DNA of 64,000 bases from Octopus sinensis (lineage: Eukaryota). The stretch covers positions 165,664,001-165,728,000 of the forward strand of contig NC_042999.1 in assembly GCF_006345805.1 (NCBI RefSeq). The letters run 5' to 3'. A program made the translations under genes and the position numbers. Positions 24,990 through 38,329 of the stretch are shown piece by piece; positions within the stretch are counted from its first letter, which is position 1, and the number at the start of each line of letters is the position of its first letter. The notes beneath the pieces were generated by a model. The model was not told the origin of the DNA. It did no database searches and saw only the letters and a list, made by a program, of their open reading frames with translations.

Positions 24990-25810
24990 GTCTTTTTAAG
25001 CAAAAATAAAGCACAAATTTTAAACATAAAGAAATTTATTTAATCAATCATATAATTACCATTTTGTTCTGGTATCTTCTGTGATCTTGTGAGCAGATCT
25101 GATATTCCCTACTCAAAAAATTTCTTGTCTTAAAAGGTGAAAATTCTTCCAAGTGGATTTTTACATCCTCTTTAGAGATGAAGGTCTATCCATTCAATGA
25201 ATTTTTGAAAGGCTGAAACAGGTGTAAATCTGCAGATGCAAGGTTGAGTGAATATGGAGAGTGCAGCAAAACTTTCCAGCCAAACCCCAGTAACTTCTGC
25301 TCTGTCTGCAAAGAAGGGTCTGGCATTCTCATGGTGAAAACCAATGCCCTTACAATTAGCAAGTGCTGGATGCTTTTGGTGGAGTGCTGTGTTTAATTTG
25401 TGGAGCTGATTACAGTACACATCTGAAGTGATGATCTTGTTCATGGGAAAATGCTTGTAAAAGATAACACCCTTCCAGCCCCACCAAATTGAAAACATAA
25501 CCTTCTTCAGGTGAACTCCTACTTGGAGTGAGTTTGTGATGGTTCACCATGCTTCTCCCATCATCATTTGCACTTCACATTGTTATAGACATTCTATTTT
25601 TTACCCCTATCACTATTCTCTTCCAAAAAGAATCGTTTCCTTCATGTTTCTGCAATGAATCACAGATGGAAATCTGTTGGGTAAGGTTAGCCTCACTCAA
25701 CTGACGTTGGACCCAAAACATCAAACCTGCTGACATAACCATTTTGATGCAGTTGGTTTTCAGCACTCAGTTTGGACATCTGCAATTATCCTTGTTGTAT
25801 AACAGGAATT
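24990..25810 (-). mobile_element. Mariner transposase remnant
   Basis: ORFs 25575..25766 and 25172..25498 read FWKRIVIG, WWGWKGVIFY, ITSDVYCNQL and FHHENARP (mariner HHDNARPH); frameshifted and decayed. Confidence 0.85.
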
Positions 25811-26879
25811 TGGGTTGAATAACTCCTATATTATGTCACTGTTAATCTCAGTTGGCTGGTCAGAGCGTGGTGCACCTAGAACCAAAAAGTTTCCTGGTCA
25901 AAACCTCGAAAACCACTTCCAGTACACACATTCCTCAACAGTCTCTTCTCCATACTCAGCACATATCTTTCTGCAAGTTTCTGCCACTTTCTTGCCTTTT
26001 TAAAATAAAAAAGCACGAGGTGTTAATAATGATCATTTGACTCAAAAAGGAGGAGGATCATTTGACTCAAAAAGGGGGAGAATAAGAGCGAGAGAGACAT
26101 AATTATGATCATGTTCATGATGCAATCTAAGGAAGTTATTTTTCTAGAAAATTATAATCTTAAGAACAACAGCAATGCTCCTCACCTGCATTTAGAGAGT
26201 TAAGTAAATGATACATTGCAGTATTCATATCTCTGTCAAGGGAACTCGTCTATTTTATGCCTTTACTAAAAGCAGCATTAGTGAAATGAAATAGTACTGG
26301 GTGAGAACTAGGAAACTGGTAAATTTCAGATGTGTAACAAACGTCCACATTTTGCAGACATGTTTATTGACTATTCAATCTTCACATGTTATCGTAAAAG
26401 ATTTCTTTTTATTGATGTGTAATAAAACTGGAAGTGAAACCCAGTACGTTAGTAAACATTTCGACATGCTATTAACGTAATTTATGTAGTACATGTTTGA
26501 GGTGGTGAGTATCAAGATTCTGTGGCTTTGTTTTAGGGGTAGTGTCCTATATTATTGGCAATGTTTCTGCTAGAAATCTTTAGTTAACTTACTTTTTATA
26601 AGTTGTTAAAAAAGTAGCATTCATTAATTTATTTATAAAAGTTTTATTATGAAAAGGATAATTGAAAAGTAATGAAATTCTGATACGAAAAGAAATGACA
26701 GCATTTATCTTATTTAATAGAAGAGCTTCTGACTGCATTTGTGACTTATCAAAGGTGCAGATTACTTTAAACTTATGTAATGTCTTCATAAAGGAAGAAA
26801 AACTATGTTTTATATCTCATTCCATTTGAAGCATGTTTATTAAAGAATTTGCAGTCACTATCTCTAGAAAGAAAATATG

Positions 26880-27140
26880 TATCATCATCATCATCATCAT
26901 CATTTAGCGTCCGTTTTCCATGCTAGCATGGGTTGGACGGTTCAACTGGGGTCTGGGGAGCCCGAAGGCTGCACCAGGCCAGTCAGATCTGGCAGTGTTT
27001 CTACAGCTGGATGCCCTTCCTAACGCCAACCACTCCGAGAGTGTAGTGGGTGATTTTATGTGCCACCGACACAGGTGCCAGACGAGGCTGGCGAACGGCC
27101 ACGCTCGGATGGTGTTTTTTATGTGCCACTACACAGGTGC
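26880..27140 (-). mobile_element. SINE family A
   Basis: (CAT)n + ttagcgtccgttttccatgctagcatgggttggacgg...cctaacgccaaccactccgagagtgtag. Confidence 0.85.
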
Positions 27141-28579
27141 CAATAAATATTACATTATATGGAGCTGGTTCCAGACATCTTAATTAAACTTAAATACCAA
27201 CAAATGATCATGACTCCCTTGCAGATTAATATTTCGCCAATCATGTATCACATAATTTCTCTTGTTAAAAAAACATTTTCACTCTTCCTAAAGTACATTT
27301 ACTCTTTTATTGAAAACTTCTTTTTTTTTTACATTAAAGCTCCAATGTCTCGCAACTAACTAGGCAGCTACCCATAAGATTGTCCGAATAAACTATCTGC
27401 ATCAGCTGTTAGTAGCTGTCAGCACACTACATTCTTCAAAACTTCCATGCTTCCCGAAATTTACCAACAGTGCACCTGATGCCCCACCCCCGGTTTTGGG
27501 TTTTTTTTTTTTATTATTTTGTAGACTTATTCACTGTTCACTTCCTGTGCATATTCACGCAGTTTTGGTTCCTTTTTCTGATGAGTTGTAGTGCAGCACC
27601 TGATCACTGTATACAATAAATTTATTATATATATTTATGCCTTGAAATAGAGAAGCTTTTGAAAAATCTGTTTTGTCTGGTTTTTAACAAGTTTGTCTTT
27701 AGTAAATAGATAAATGAAGGCAAATAAACACTTCATTTCATATTACAGTAAATGCTGAAAATAACAGTAGATACTACATGCTAAATCTAAATGTATCTTT
27801 TGTTAGATGAACAGCATAAAAAATATACTAAGGATCTGAGTTCCTTTTAATCCTTGACTTCCTTTAGTTTATATAAATTTATATAATGCAATTTTTTTTT
27901 TATTTCCTTTTCTTTCAGTTTGAACCTAAATTTGCTTAATCTTACACTAATCAAGTAATGCATGAGTCTTACGAACCTAGACGTACTTCTTATTAAAAAA
28001 TTCGCTCTATCTTATTGGTTTTTTTCATTGAGCAATAAATTATAAGCTGTTATATTAATTATATCAGGAAGAGAACAGATTAATTTTGATTCATTTATAT
28101 AAATGTCTCAGAGGAAACATATAAAGGATTTAAAATATTTCATATTGCAATCAAGATCTGGGTTTGGGAGTGAAATTTTTCTTAACAAATTACATTCAAT
28201 TAATCATTCTATTAATTGGCAATTATAGTAAGTAATTAATGTAAAAACATGTAACATTCAATTTCAATTTGCATTTGCTTTGGAACAAATTATAAATATT
28301 TATAAGTAATTCTTATTTTTTATTGAGAGTTGTAAAATGGGATGAAAATGAAATGAAGTACTTTTGATTACTTCAGCAAGAAATAGAAGAGATACAGCAT
28401 TTATTTGCAGATCTGATGTTGTATCAGGACATAAATATTACTATAGACTGCAAAAGTTCAGTTGAATCATTCTGAAATTGTATGTTTAAAATATGTAAGT
28501 GCATAGAAGCAAGATACTAGCTACATTGACCATACTATAATAAAAACATTGGGAAGAATATTTCTGATTCCATATGGAT

Positions 28580-28850
28580 TATCATCATCATCATTTAGCG
28601 TCTGTTTTCCATGTTGGCATGAGTAAGGTGGTGTGACTGGGGCTGGTAGGATGGAGGGCTGCACCAGGGGCCAGTCTGTTTTGGCCTGGTTTCTACAGCT
28701 GAATGCCTTTCCTAATACCAACCAATCCTCAGGGTGTACTGGATACATGTCAATGGCACAAGTGCCTTATATGTGTCATCAGCACAGGTGCTTTTTACAT
28801 TGTCACCAGCATGGGTGACTTTTATGTGTCACTGGCTCAAGTGATTTTCT
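28580..28850 (-). mobile_element. SINE family A, degenerate
   Basis: (CAT)n + ttagcgtctgttttccatgttggcatg...ttctacagctgaatgcc. Confidence 0.75.
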
Positions 28851-29051
28851 TGTGCTGTTAGCAATGAACACAAAACTTTTCAGGTTCATATTGCATGTAG
28901 TTATAAAGCATTATCTTATGAGGACAATACAGCTGAAGGAAGCAGATCTTCAAGCTTCCAGGTTCTGACAATGCTTACCTTGCTACCTTGCTGATTGCTG
29001 ATACAGTATCAAACAACAAATGTCCATGAGATAATGAGAGAGCATCTACAC

Positions 29052-29272
29052 CAGTGAATCTCAACCATTTTTTGCCTATCGACCCCTTGCCATTCAATGT
29101 TTAAAAATCCTATTATCTTGTTATAATTAAATATTATTAGAAATTGTATAGAAAAATTGTTAAAATATTTTATGCATTGTTGAAGTATAACCAGTTTATT
29201 GCATGTAAATTTTAGCATCAAATTCTTATATGGACCCCTAAAGGTTGTGCGGACCCTAGTTGAGAACCACCA
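29052..29272. mobile_element. hAT-type MITE
   Basis: cagtgaatctcaac / gttgagaaccac ends; imperfect 8-bp flanks atctacac / ctctacat. Confidence 0.65.
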
Positions 29273-30024
29273 CTCTACATGGATGCTCAGCTCATTAGAA
29301 ATTAAAGCCAAATCTCTCTTATAGCAGTCTTCAATTAATTCATCATTATCGCCATCATTTAACATCTTTGCATGAATGGATCAGATGGAATTTGTTGATA
29401 CAGATTTTTTTTCTACAACTGGATGCTCTTTCTGTTACCAACCCTCATATGTTTCCAGACGTTTTTTATGGAAAACTGGAAATGAAGAGCATTATTTAAC
29501 ATAACAGTGATGCTTGGTTTACAACCATCACATGTGCATATATATATATATATATATAATATATATATATGCGTGAGAGAGAGAGCTTTGGTTAGCCTGA
29601 GTGTATAGTAGAAAGTATTTGCCCATGGTGCCACACTGTGGGACCAATCCCAAGACCTCATGGTTGAGAAGAAAATTTCTTAACCACGCAGCTATATCCG
29701 CCTATAAACCACGCATGTGGTTGTACTGCTAATAAAATACTGTAGAGAGGCCAAAACATCGCAGTATCTTATTCCCTCTTCAATTACTCACAGTTTTATG
29801 CCATTAGAAAAAATGTTTAAAGATCTAAAACAAATATGAAAAATAGCATGATCAGTGCACTATTATGTTGATATTAACAGGTTTTTGAGATTGAGAAATA
29901 TTTCTCATTCTTTTCCTTCTTTATCATCTTCATAATCTTTTCCAGGGTCAATTTAATCAACTAAACCCTTCTCTTATAATTGCTGGCCTCGTACCAAAGT
30001 TCATCTTGTTGTTGTCATCAGTTT

Positions 30025-30125
30025 TCATCATCATTATCATCATCATCATCATCATCGTGGTGGTGGTGGTGGTAGTAGTAGTAGTAGTGGTAGTGGTAGT
30101 GGTAGCAGTAGCAGCAGCAGTAGTA
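30025..30125. repeat. Compound trinucleotide tract (CAT)n-(GGT)n-(AGT)n-(AGC)n
   Basis: Direct reading. Confidence 0.9.
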
Positions 30126-30299
30126 AAATAAAGTACTTGTCAAATACTGAGAGGTGTCTAAATCAGAAATTATTATTATTTTTCCTCACATCTACCCACA
30201 GCATAAGCATGTAATTTTTTGCATCACTCCACCAATGTTGTGCTTTTCTTTGGAAGGGAGATTAAGAGGGATTATGTGGTACACCTAAATTCATGTATT

Positions 30300-30537
30300 A
30301 TGCCTGTTTGTTTCATTGGGCACCTGTGCTGGTGACACACAAAAGGCACCCGTGCCAGTGACACATAGAAGACAACCAGTGCACTCTATGGAATGGTTGG
30401 CATCCAACCTTAGAAACCAAACCAAAACCGACTGGAACCTGGTGTAGCTCTCTGGCTCACCAGTTCCAGTCAAACCATCTAACCCATGCCAGCATGGAAA
30501 ATGGATGCTAAATGATGATGAGGATGATGATGATGAT
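30300..30537 (+). mobile_element. SINE family A, 3' part
   Basis: ggttggcatcc...aacccatgccagcatggaaaatggatgctaaa followed by (TGA)n. Confidence 0.75.
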
Positions 30538-30950
30538 TCATTGTATACTTTTTGTTACATTAGTTGGGAGTAATTGCTAGAATACGTGTTGTCTGAGGAA
30601 TTTTATGGCATTTAGAGGTGATTCTTTTGGAAACATACTGCGTGATTGTGCATTTGCTACTGAGTTGAAGGTATGTTACATTTAAGGAAATGGATGGCCA
30701 ATTTGGCTACCACACAGGGTGCCAAACCCTGTACAAGGCCACTACTTGGAAAGAATCTATGCTGGGCCTGCTAGTGATATCTTTTGGACTATATAAAATC
30801 TGTGAGCTTCTGTATATGTATTTCTTTATGCTTCTTCAAAGAAAACAACAATTATTATTGGTTCTGTTTTTACTTTTACTTTTACTTACTTCAAGTTTAG
30901 TATTCTTATACTTTGATAGCTATTCAAAATCAAAATCAAAATCAATTCGA

Positions 30951-31422
30951 TGACTGGCATCCGTGCTAACGGGGTGCAAAGATCACCATACGAGTGTGAT
31001 CGTTGACAGAGCGGCTATTCGAGTATGATCGTTACCAGCGTCGCCTTACTGGCACTTATGCCTGTGCTAGTAGGGTGCCAAGAGCACCATCCGAGCGAGA
31101 TCGTTGCCACGTAAAAGGGCACCATTCGAGCGTGATCGTTATCAACGTTGCTTCACTGGCACCTGTGCCGGTGGCATGTGTAAAGGGATTCGAGCAAGGT
31201 CGTTGCCAGTACCGCCTGACTGGCCCCCGTGCTGCTGGTACATAAAAAGCACCCACTACTCTCTCGGAGTGGTTGGCATTAGGAAGGGCATCCAGCTGTA
31301 GAAGCTCTGCCAGATCAGATTCGGAGTCTGGTGCAGCCATCTGGTTCGCCAGCCCTCAATCAAAATCGTCCAACCCATGCTAGCATGGAAAGCAGACGTT
31401 AAACAATGATGATGATGATGAT
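30951..31422 (+). mobile_element. SINE family A with internal repeats
   Basis: tgactggcatccgtgc...about 4 internal units...ggttggcattaggaagggcatccagctgtag...catgctagcatggaaagcagacgttaaacaa(TGA)n. Confidence 0.85.
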
Positions 31423-31447
31423 ATATATACATATATATATATATATA

Positions 31448-32218
31448 TCTATATATATAAAACTGTAGTTGTGCGAGTGTCTGTCTCCTACGATTTAGAT
31501 TCCTAACTACTCCCACATTTTGCGGTGCAGTTTAACCAAAACCGGGTATCTTATAGTCGTGATTCATATCGAGCCCGTCTGGGTATTAGCGCGCGTCTAC
31601 GATGAGTCTACGATTTTTAAAATAATTTAACATCATTTTTTTCCATTTTAACGCATATTTTTTCGTGTGTCGATGGCGGCGGAGTTGGCGTCCACACCTG
31701 CACCTGTGTTGCTTCTCCCCCTTCTTCCCTCCCTCGTGAAGCTGTGGGGAAGGGAGTGTAAGGAAATCAACGTCGTAAAGCGTTGTCAAGGAGACCAGCT
31801 TTCTTTTAGAACAACGACTTCATGGCTTGAAGACACCAAAACAGAAATGGCCAAGAAAGCGTCTACGATGAGTCTACGATTTAAAAAAAAATTTACCATC
31901 ATTTTTTCCATTTTAATGCATTTTTTCGTTATTATATAAGGGAAGTAACTCTCTAAAAATGTCTACGATGAGTCAACAATTAAAAAAAAAAAATTACCAT
32001 CATTTTTTCCATTTTAATGCATTTTTTCGCTATTATATAAGGGAAGTAACTCTCTAAAAATGTCTACGATGAGTCAACAATTAAAAAAAAAAAATTACCA
32101 TAATTTTTTATTCCATTTTTAATGCATTTTTTTGCTAATTTTTTTGCTATAACTCTCTAAAAATGCTTATATAGTTATTTCCCTTACAAACCCGAGCAAC
32201 GCCGGGCGATACTGCTAG
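31448..32218 (+). mobile_element. Non-autonomous Helitron (same family as 12751-13263) with internal ~100-bp tandem repeats
   Basis: A|TCTATATATATAAAACTGTAG...cccgagcaacgccggg cgatactgCTAG|T; gtctacgatgag units at 31861, 31961 and 32062. Confidence 0.9.
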
Positions 32219-32274
32219 TATATATTTATATATATATATATTCATACATACATATATATATATATATACACACA

Positions 32275-33119
32275 CTAGCAGAATTGCCCGGAGTTGCTCG
32301 GGGCTGAATTGCTTGAAAGTACTGTTAATGATTGCACTGAATTATGATGATTATTCAGGCAAATATTGATATAAGTTTACGGTGGGAGATAAGGACTTAA
32401 CGATTAAACGTGTGCTATTGCATTGTTTTGGGGGAACCAAATTTCTGATGAGCATTATAGGGACACCAACTTTAAGTTTGAGAAAGTGTGGTGGTAGTCC
32501 GGGGTGCTCAAAGGAATTGAGTACCTCTATTGGATAGTTGATGACGTCCTCTGGGTCAGGAGTTGTATCGATAGACTGATATACATAGACTTCCCCAGGA
32601 ATGAGTTTTAGCATTTCATCATTAATATGGTGAACAGTTTTATTCCTCGGGGCCAGTATAGCCTTTTTGCCAATCCAATCCATATTCTGATAATTAGCTT
32701 GTAGATCTGGGAACACTGCATCTCTGAGATCAGAAGGCGTCTTAACAATGGTACAAATGGAATTGATGGTAATATTACCATTTTCATCCCCTGGTATTTT
32801 GCCTTCGCCAAGTGCAAGGAGGGTGTGAGGAAATGCTGCTGATGTGATATTACGTCGCATATGAGCACGCATATTGGTGTGAAGTTTGAGAGTTACTTCC
32901 CTTTATTTAAAGAAATATGCATTAAAATGGAAAAAAATGATGGTAAATTATTTGTAAAATCGTAGACTCATCGTAGACGCGCGCTAATACCCAGAAGGGC
33001 TCGATATGAATCACGACTATAAGATACCCGGTTTTGGTTAAACTGCATCGCAAAATGTGGGAGTAGTTAGGAATCTAAATCGGAGTAGACAGACACACAA
33101 CCTTTGTTTTATATATAAA
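32275..33119 (-). mobile_element. Helitron carrying a RepHel PIF1-helicase fragment
   Basis: The 5' ~245 bp is shared with the other two Helitrons (variant start TT instead of TC). ORF 32351..32872 reads AILAPRNKTVHHIN...YPIEVLNSFEHPGLPPHFLKLKVGVPIMLIRNLVPPKQCNSTRLIVK (PIF1 family). 3' hairpin ccccgagcaactccggg followed by CTAG|T. Confidence 0.9.
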
Positions 33120-33120
33120 T

Positions 33121-34788
33121 ATTTTCGTCCTAAAAAACTTTGTATGGATTGAATGGTTACCTCTATGGAAATATATACACGCACATTATACATACATGTG
33201 TGTATAGATGAATATATAAATACATTTAAATATCTATATACACTTTTGGGCGATCTTTCTGTTTCTTAGAGATAACTTTAGATCTTATTTTCGTCCTAAA
33301 AAACTTTGTATGGAGTGAATGGTTACCTCTATGGAAATATATACACACACGTTATACATACATGTGTGCATAGATGAATATATAAATACATTTATATATC
33401 TATATACACTTTTGGGCGATCTTTGTGCTACTTAGAGATAACAGTAGATCTTATTTTCGTCCTAAAAAACTTTGTGCGGAGTGAATGGTTACGTCTATGG
33501 AAATATATACACACACATTATACATACATCTGTGTATAGATGAATATATAAATACATTTAAATATCTATATACACTTTTGGGCGATCTTTCTGCTACTTG
33601 GATATACTTTAGATCTTATATTTGTTCTAAATAACTTTGTATGGAGTGAAAGGTTACCTCTATGGAAATATATACACACACATTATACATACATCTGTGT
33701 ACAGATGAATATATAAATACATTTAAATATCTATATACACTTTTGGGCGATCTTTCTGCTACTTGGATATACTTTAGATCTTATATTTGTTCTAAATAAC
33801 TTTGTATGGAGTGAAAGGTTACCTCTATGGAAATATATACACACACATTATACATACATCTGTGTATAGATGAATATATAAATACATTTAAATATCTATA
33901 TACACTTTTGGGCGATCTTTCTGCTACTTGGATATACTTTAGATCTTATATTTGTTCTAAATAACTTTGTATGGAGTGAAAGGTTACCTCTATGGAAATA
34001 TATACACACACATTATACATACATCTGTGTATAGATGAATATTAAATACATTAAATATCTATATACACTTTTGGGCGATCTTTCTGCTACTTGGATATAC
34101 TTTAGATCTTATATTTGTTCTAAATAACTTTGTATGGAGTGAAAGGTTACCTCTATGGAAATATATACACACACATTATACATACATCTGTGTATAGATG
34201 AATATATAAATACATTTAAATATCTATATACACTTTTGGGCGATCTTTCTGCTACTTGGATATACTTAGATCTTATATTTGTTCTAAATAACTTGTATGG
34301 AGTGAAAGGTTACCTCTATGGAAATATATACACACACATTATACATACATCTGTGTATAGATGAATATATAAATACATTTAAATATCTATACACTTTTGG
34401 GCGATCTTCTGCTACTTGGATATACTTTAGATCTTATATTTGTTCTAAATAACTTTGTATGGAGTGAAAGGTACCTCTATGGAAATATACACACATTATA
34501 CATACATCTGTGTATAGATGAATATATAAATACATTAAATATCTATATACACTTTTGGGCGATCTTTTGCTACTTGGATATACTTTAGATCTTATATTGT
34601 TCTAAATAACTTGTATGGAGTGAAAGGTTACCTCTATGGAAATATATACACACACATTATACATACATCTGTGTATAGATGAATATATAAATACATTTAA
34701 ATATCTATATACACTTTTGGGCGATCTTTCTGCTACTTGGATATACTTTAGATCTTATATTCGTCCTAAAAAACTTTGTATGAATTGA
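33121..34788. repeat. Tandem satellite, ~165-bp unit, 10 copies plus a partial unit
   Basis: Unit starts at 33121, 33287, 33453, 33618, 33783, 33948, 34111, 34275, 34436, 34594 and 34757. Confidence 0.95.
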
Positions 34789-35159
34789 AAAAGAAAATGA
34801 ATTGAAATTTTTAAGAAAGGAATTTGTTTACATACATGTGTGAAATGGCAAATGTTTGTGCAGTTGTCCGAAATGGAACCAGGGTAAATGTGTGGAACTG
34901 ATGTATTATAATGAATAGTCCTTCTTGTTGTGAATATTAATTTGATTAATATGAACTGAAAACCAGTGGTGTAGCATATAAGACCATAGGTGATCTAGCA
35001 AAAAGGATGACCAGTCTGACTGGCTCATCCCTGTCACACACTCACACACACGCACACACACACACACACACGCGCACACACAAACACACATGCACACACA
35101 TGAACACACACACGCACACACATGAACACACACACACACGTTAGCTTACAATTTTATTT

Positions 35160-35727
35160 ATATATTTGCGTGTCTATGTGTGTGAAGAGGAAGTGGGAGT
35201 AATATGCAGAGTGAAAGAGTGAAATGGTAAAATATTTAGTTTTCTCGAATTTTTTCTGAAATGGGGGTGAAATTGAAAGAAATTTTGTATGCCATGACCG
35301 AATGAGAGTACTTTGAAAAATCATAGGTAAACTCTAATTGAAGAAATTGTGTGAGGAGTAAATCGTTATGTATTTATTTGTTTCTGTTTGCTGTGTTGTT
35401 TTTTTTTGAGTAGTGGTTTAAGGTACACTTCTCTCGTTTTATATAAATACTTTCACTTTAATCGTTGCACACTTGCTCCATTTGTGTGTGTGTGTGTGTG
35501 TGTGCTGTAGCCCACACTAAGAAAAGCACTTCACTTACACACCACAATGTGAGTTTTCTCGAAATTTTGCTTAATTGGGGGTGAAATTTGAAAAACTGTA
35601 CCTGGCACGACCCGATGTATTCTATTCTTAAAAATGCTAGGTAAATTGTAATTGAAGAAATCCTATATTGTAGATTTCTATAAGAGACAAAGGGAGGCAG
35701 ATAAAATCTGCCTTTTATAATAAGAGA
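35160..35727 (-). mobile_element. Probable Helitron 5' region (different family), 3' end not located
   Basis: Minus strand A|TCTCTTATTATAAAAGGCAG at 35727, beside (GA)n/(TA)n; internal segment 35551-35660 resembles 35221-35350. Confidence 0.45.
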
Positions 35728-35749
35728 TATATATACATATATACATATA

Positions 35750-35797
<48 letters not shown>

Positions 35798-35837
35798 GTG
35801 TGTGTGTGTGTATACACATACATACATGTACAGATAT

Positions 35838-35874
<37 letters not shown>

Positions 35875-36289
35875 CAGACAGACACACATATCCAAATGGT
35901 TCACTTGTATTGTTAAAAAATAATTTTAAAAAGGAAACTGATGACAGAAATTATTATTGTTGTTGTTATTAATGTCAGGTCAGTCCTGGTCAGCCATCCT
36001 ATCTTTATGCTTATCTGTAGTTGCATTGTCCAATGTGTCTTTCTTTTTTTTGTCTTTTTAAGACAGTAAGCAATAATATGAGGGAGATTTATCTGCTATT
36101 TTTAGCAAGGCAAACATTCAAATAGGGGGTCTGTCATTGGCTAGTTTGATGGGATGGTAGAAATAATAGAGCAGTATTTCCCAACCTATTTTCCCCTAGG
36201 CACCACTATAACTTTCTAGAAAAATCTATGCTCATATACCCCACAAGTGGTTGGGAAAAGGCAACTTTATTTTTAATATTTTATTGCTG

Positions 36290-36680
36290 TTAAGGCAGCA
36301 AGCTGGCAGAAACGTTAGCACGCCGGGCGAAATGCTTACCGGTATTTCATCTGCTGTTACATTTTGAGTTCAAATTCTACCGAGGTCGACTTTGCCTTTC
36401 ATCCTTTCGGGGTCAATTAAATAAGTACCAGTTACGCACTGGGGCCAATGTAATCGACTTAATCCGTTTGTCCTTGTTTGTCCCCTCTATGTTTAGCCCC
36501 TTGTGGGTAGTAAAGAAATAGGTATTTCATCTGTCTTTACATTCTGAGTTCAAATTCCGCCACTTTGACTCTCATCCTTTCAGGGTTGATAAATTAAATT
36601 ACCAGTTGTATACTGGGGCCAATCTAATCGACTGGCCTCCTCCCAAAAATCTGAGCCTTGTGCCTAGAGTAGAAAAGAAT
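36290..36680 (+). mobile_element. SINE family C followed by a head-truncated second unit
   Basis: aaggcagcaagctggcagaaacgttagc...aaagaaata, then ggtatttcatctg... restarts the internal block at 36521. Confidence 0.8.
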
Positions 36681-37177
36681 ATTTTATCACTGTTATTCAA
36701 AACAAAGGAATCTACTGGTAACTCTTTTATTGAATACTGAGTACAAAGAAAGTACAAGAGAAAAAAAAGTGAGTCACTTTAATGAGGACTTTGGTCCTGG
36801 TGACTATGGCACCACACCCCACCACGATTTTCCCAGGCCCCACCAGTGGGGCATATGCCCCATGTTGGCAATCACTGCAATAGATGTAATAGCTTGCAGT
36901 ATTTTCATTATTTTCTGCTATACTAAAGCTTCAAATATTGCTGAGATTGACTTTGTTTTGTTTGTTTTTTTGCTCTTCTGTGTTCCATAGACCACATACC
37001 AAGTTTGTATCTGACTCAATTCAATTGATTTTATTATTTCTTTGCTTTGCATATTGTGACTGTTAGAAATCATTATTTTGAAAATAATAATTATAATTAC
37101 AGAAATTTATCTCAACAAAATTTGAACCCAAGAGATTAATGTCTCTGAAACTATATCAAACACAAACACATTTTTAA

Positions 37178-37377
37178 CCCTTTAGCATTTAAACCAGCCA
37201 AAATAATCTACCTGTATTATCTTTAATCTGGCCAGATCCAACCTCTCAGACTTACCATACAATATTCTAAAAAGCATGTCATTGAAATCTCAAAGCTACA
37301 AGATAATGCATGATTAATTTAAATCAATATGAATAAATAAGCATCATATTTGACAGAGAAATATGAATGCTAAAGGA
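37178..37377. mobile_element. piggyBac-like MITE, 200 bp
   Basis: TTAA|CCCTTTAGCATT...AATGCTAAAGGA|TTAA. Related copies at about 8640-8830, 49988-50207, 52250-52340 and 53130-53315. Confidence 0.75.
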
Positions 37378-37754
37378 TTAAGGTGTATCAAAAGCCTTAA
37401 TAGGGTTTCAGTGACTCAATTTTAAAAGAAAAAAATGTACCTAGAAATGCCCCCAATCCTACAATCTCATTCCCCACACATCACTAAATTAATAGCAACT
37501 TTTGTAGCTTATTTCATTATATCTTTCTATATTCAAAACATCCAAGGTCAGAGGTTTTCTTCTTAAAAAAAAAAGCAACTCATATGATGTCAAATGACCT
37601 TCTCACCATTTTACAGCTTGGCATTGTTTTAATATTTGCTTTTCCTGACTGGCATTGATTAAACATCATCAAGCTCCTCAATAATACATCGTCTCACCTG
37701 TAAACCTTACACCTTAAGATATGATCACATCTCACTACTTCTTCCCCTATGGAT

Positions 37755-37940
37755 ACTGTCTGTGCTGGCACCACATAAAAAGCACCCAGCACACACTGTG
37801 GAGTGGTTGGCACTAGGAAGGGCATCCAGCCATAGAAACCAAACCAAATCATATTGGAAGCTGGCACAGCTCTCTGGCTTGCCAGGTTTGGTCAGGCTTT
37901 CCAACCCATGCCAGCATGGGAAAGGGACATTAAAGGAGGA
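37755..37940 (+). mobile_element. SINE family A, 3' part
   Basis: gtggagtggttggcactaggaagggcatccagcc...ccaacccatgccagcatggg. Confidence 0.75.
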
Positions 37941-38329
37941 GGAGGTAGAGAAGGGGGATGTCATAAAACAGCATTTTTTTCACTTAATGAGATGTAATTC
38001 ATTCACATCACCTGCAGACCGCATTAAATATTTTTAATACCCAGTCATTTTCTCATCTCACTACTTGTGCAATGTTTTACATTCCCATTCGTGAGGATAG
38101 CTGGGTAAGTATAAACTCTATCAAAGTCCCTTTGATTGGCTGACCAGTGATTCTGTATTAAGATCATGTAATGATTGCAAGTGTTGGTCAAACACTCAGC
38201 TATTTACAATGAGCAGTTAGTTTCATTGAGGAAACAATTGGAACCCAAGCAAGAGGAACCCTTATTCTTCAAGCTGACAAGAGACCAAGATGTTCATATA
38301 TTTTATTTCAATTTTCCTGTTGAATAAAG

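Noticed and set aside
28428-28494. 67-nt ag...gtaagt segment, the size I would expect for the penultimate CFAP300 exon
   Set aside because: The required frame contains stop codons and shows no similarity.
30581-30670. Open segment ending ...FATELK|gtatgt
   Set aside because: Only superficial resemblance to ISDELR; the rest does not align.
33121-34788. Regular array considered as CRISPR-like
   Set aside because: Whole units are near-identical with no unique spacers, no cas genes, eukaryotic context.
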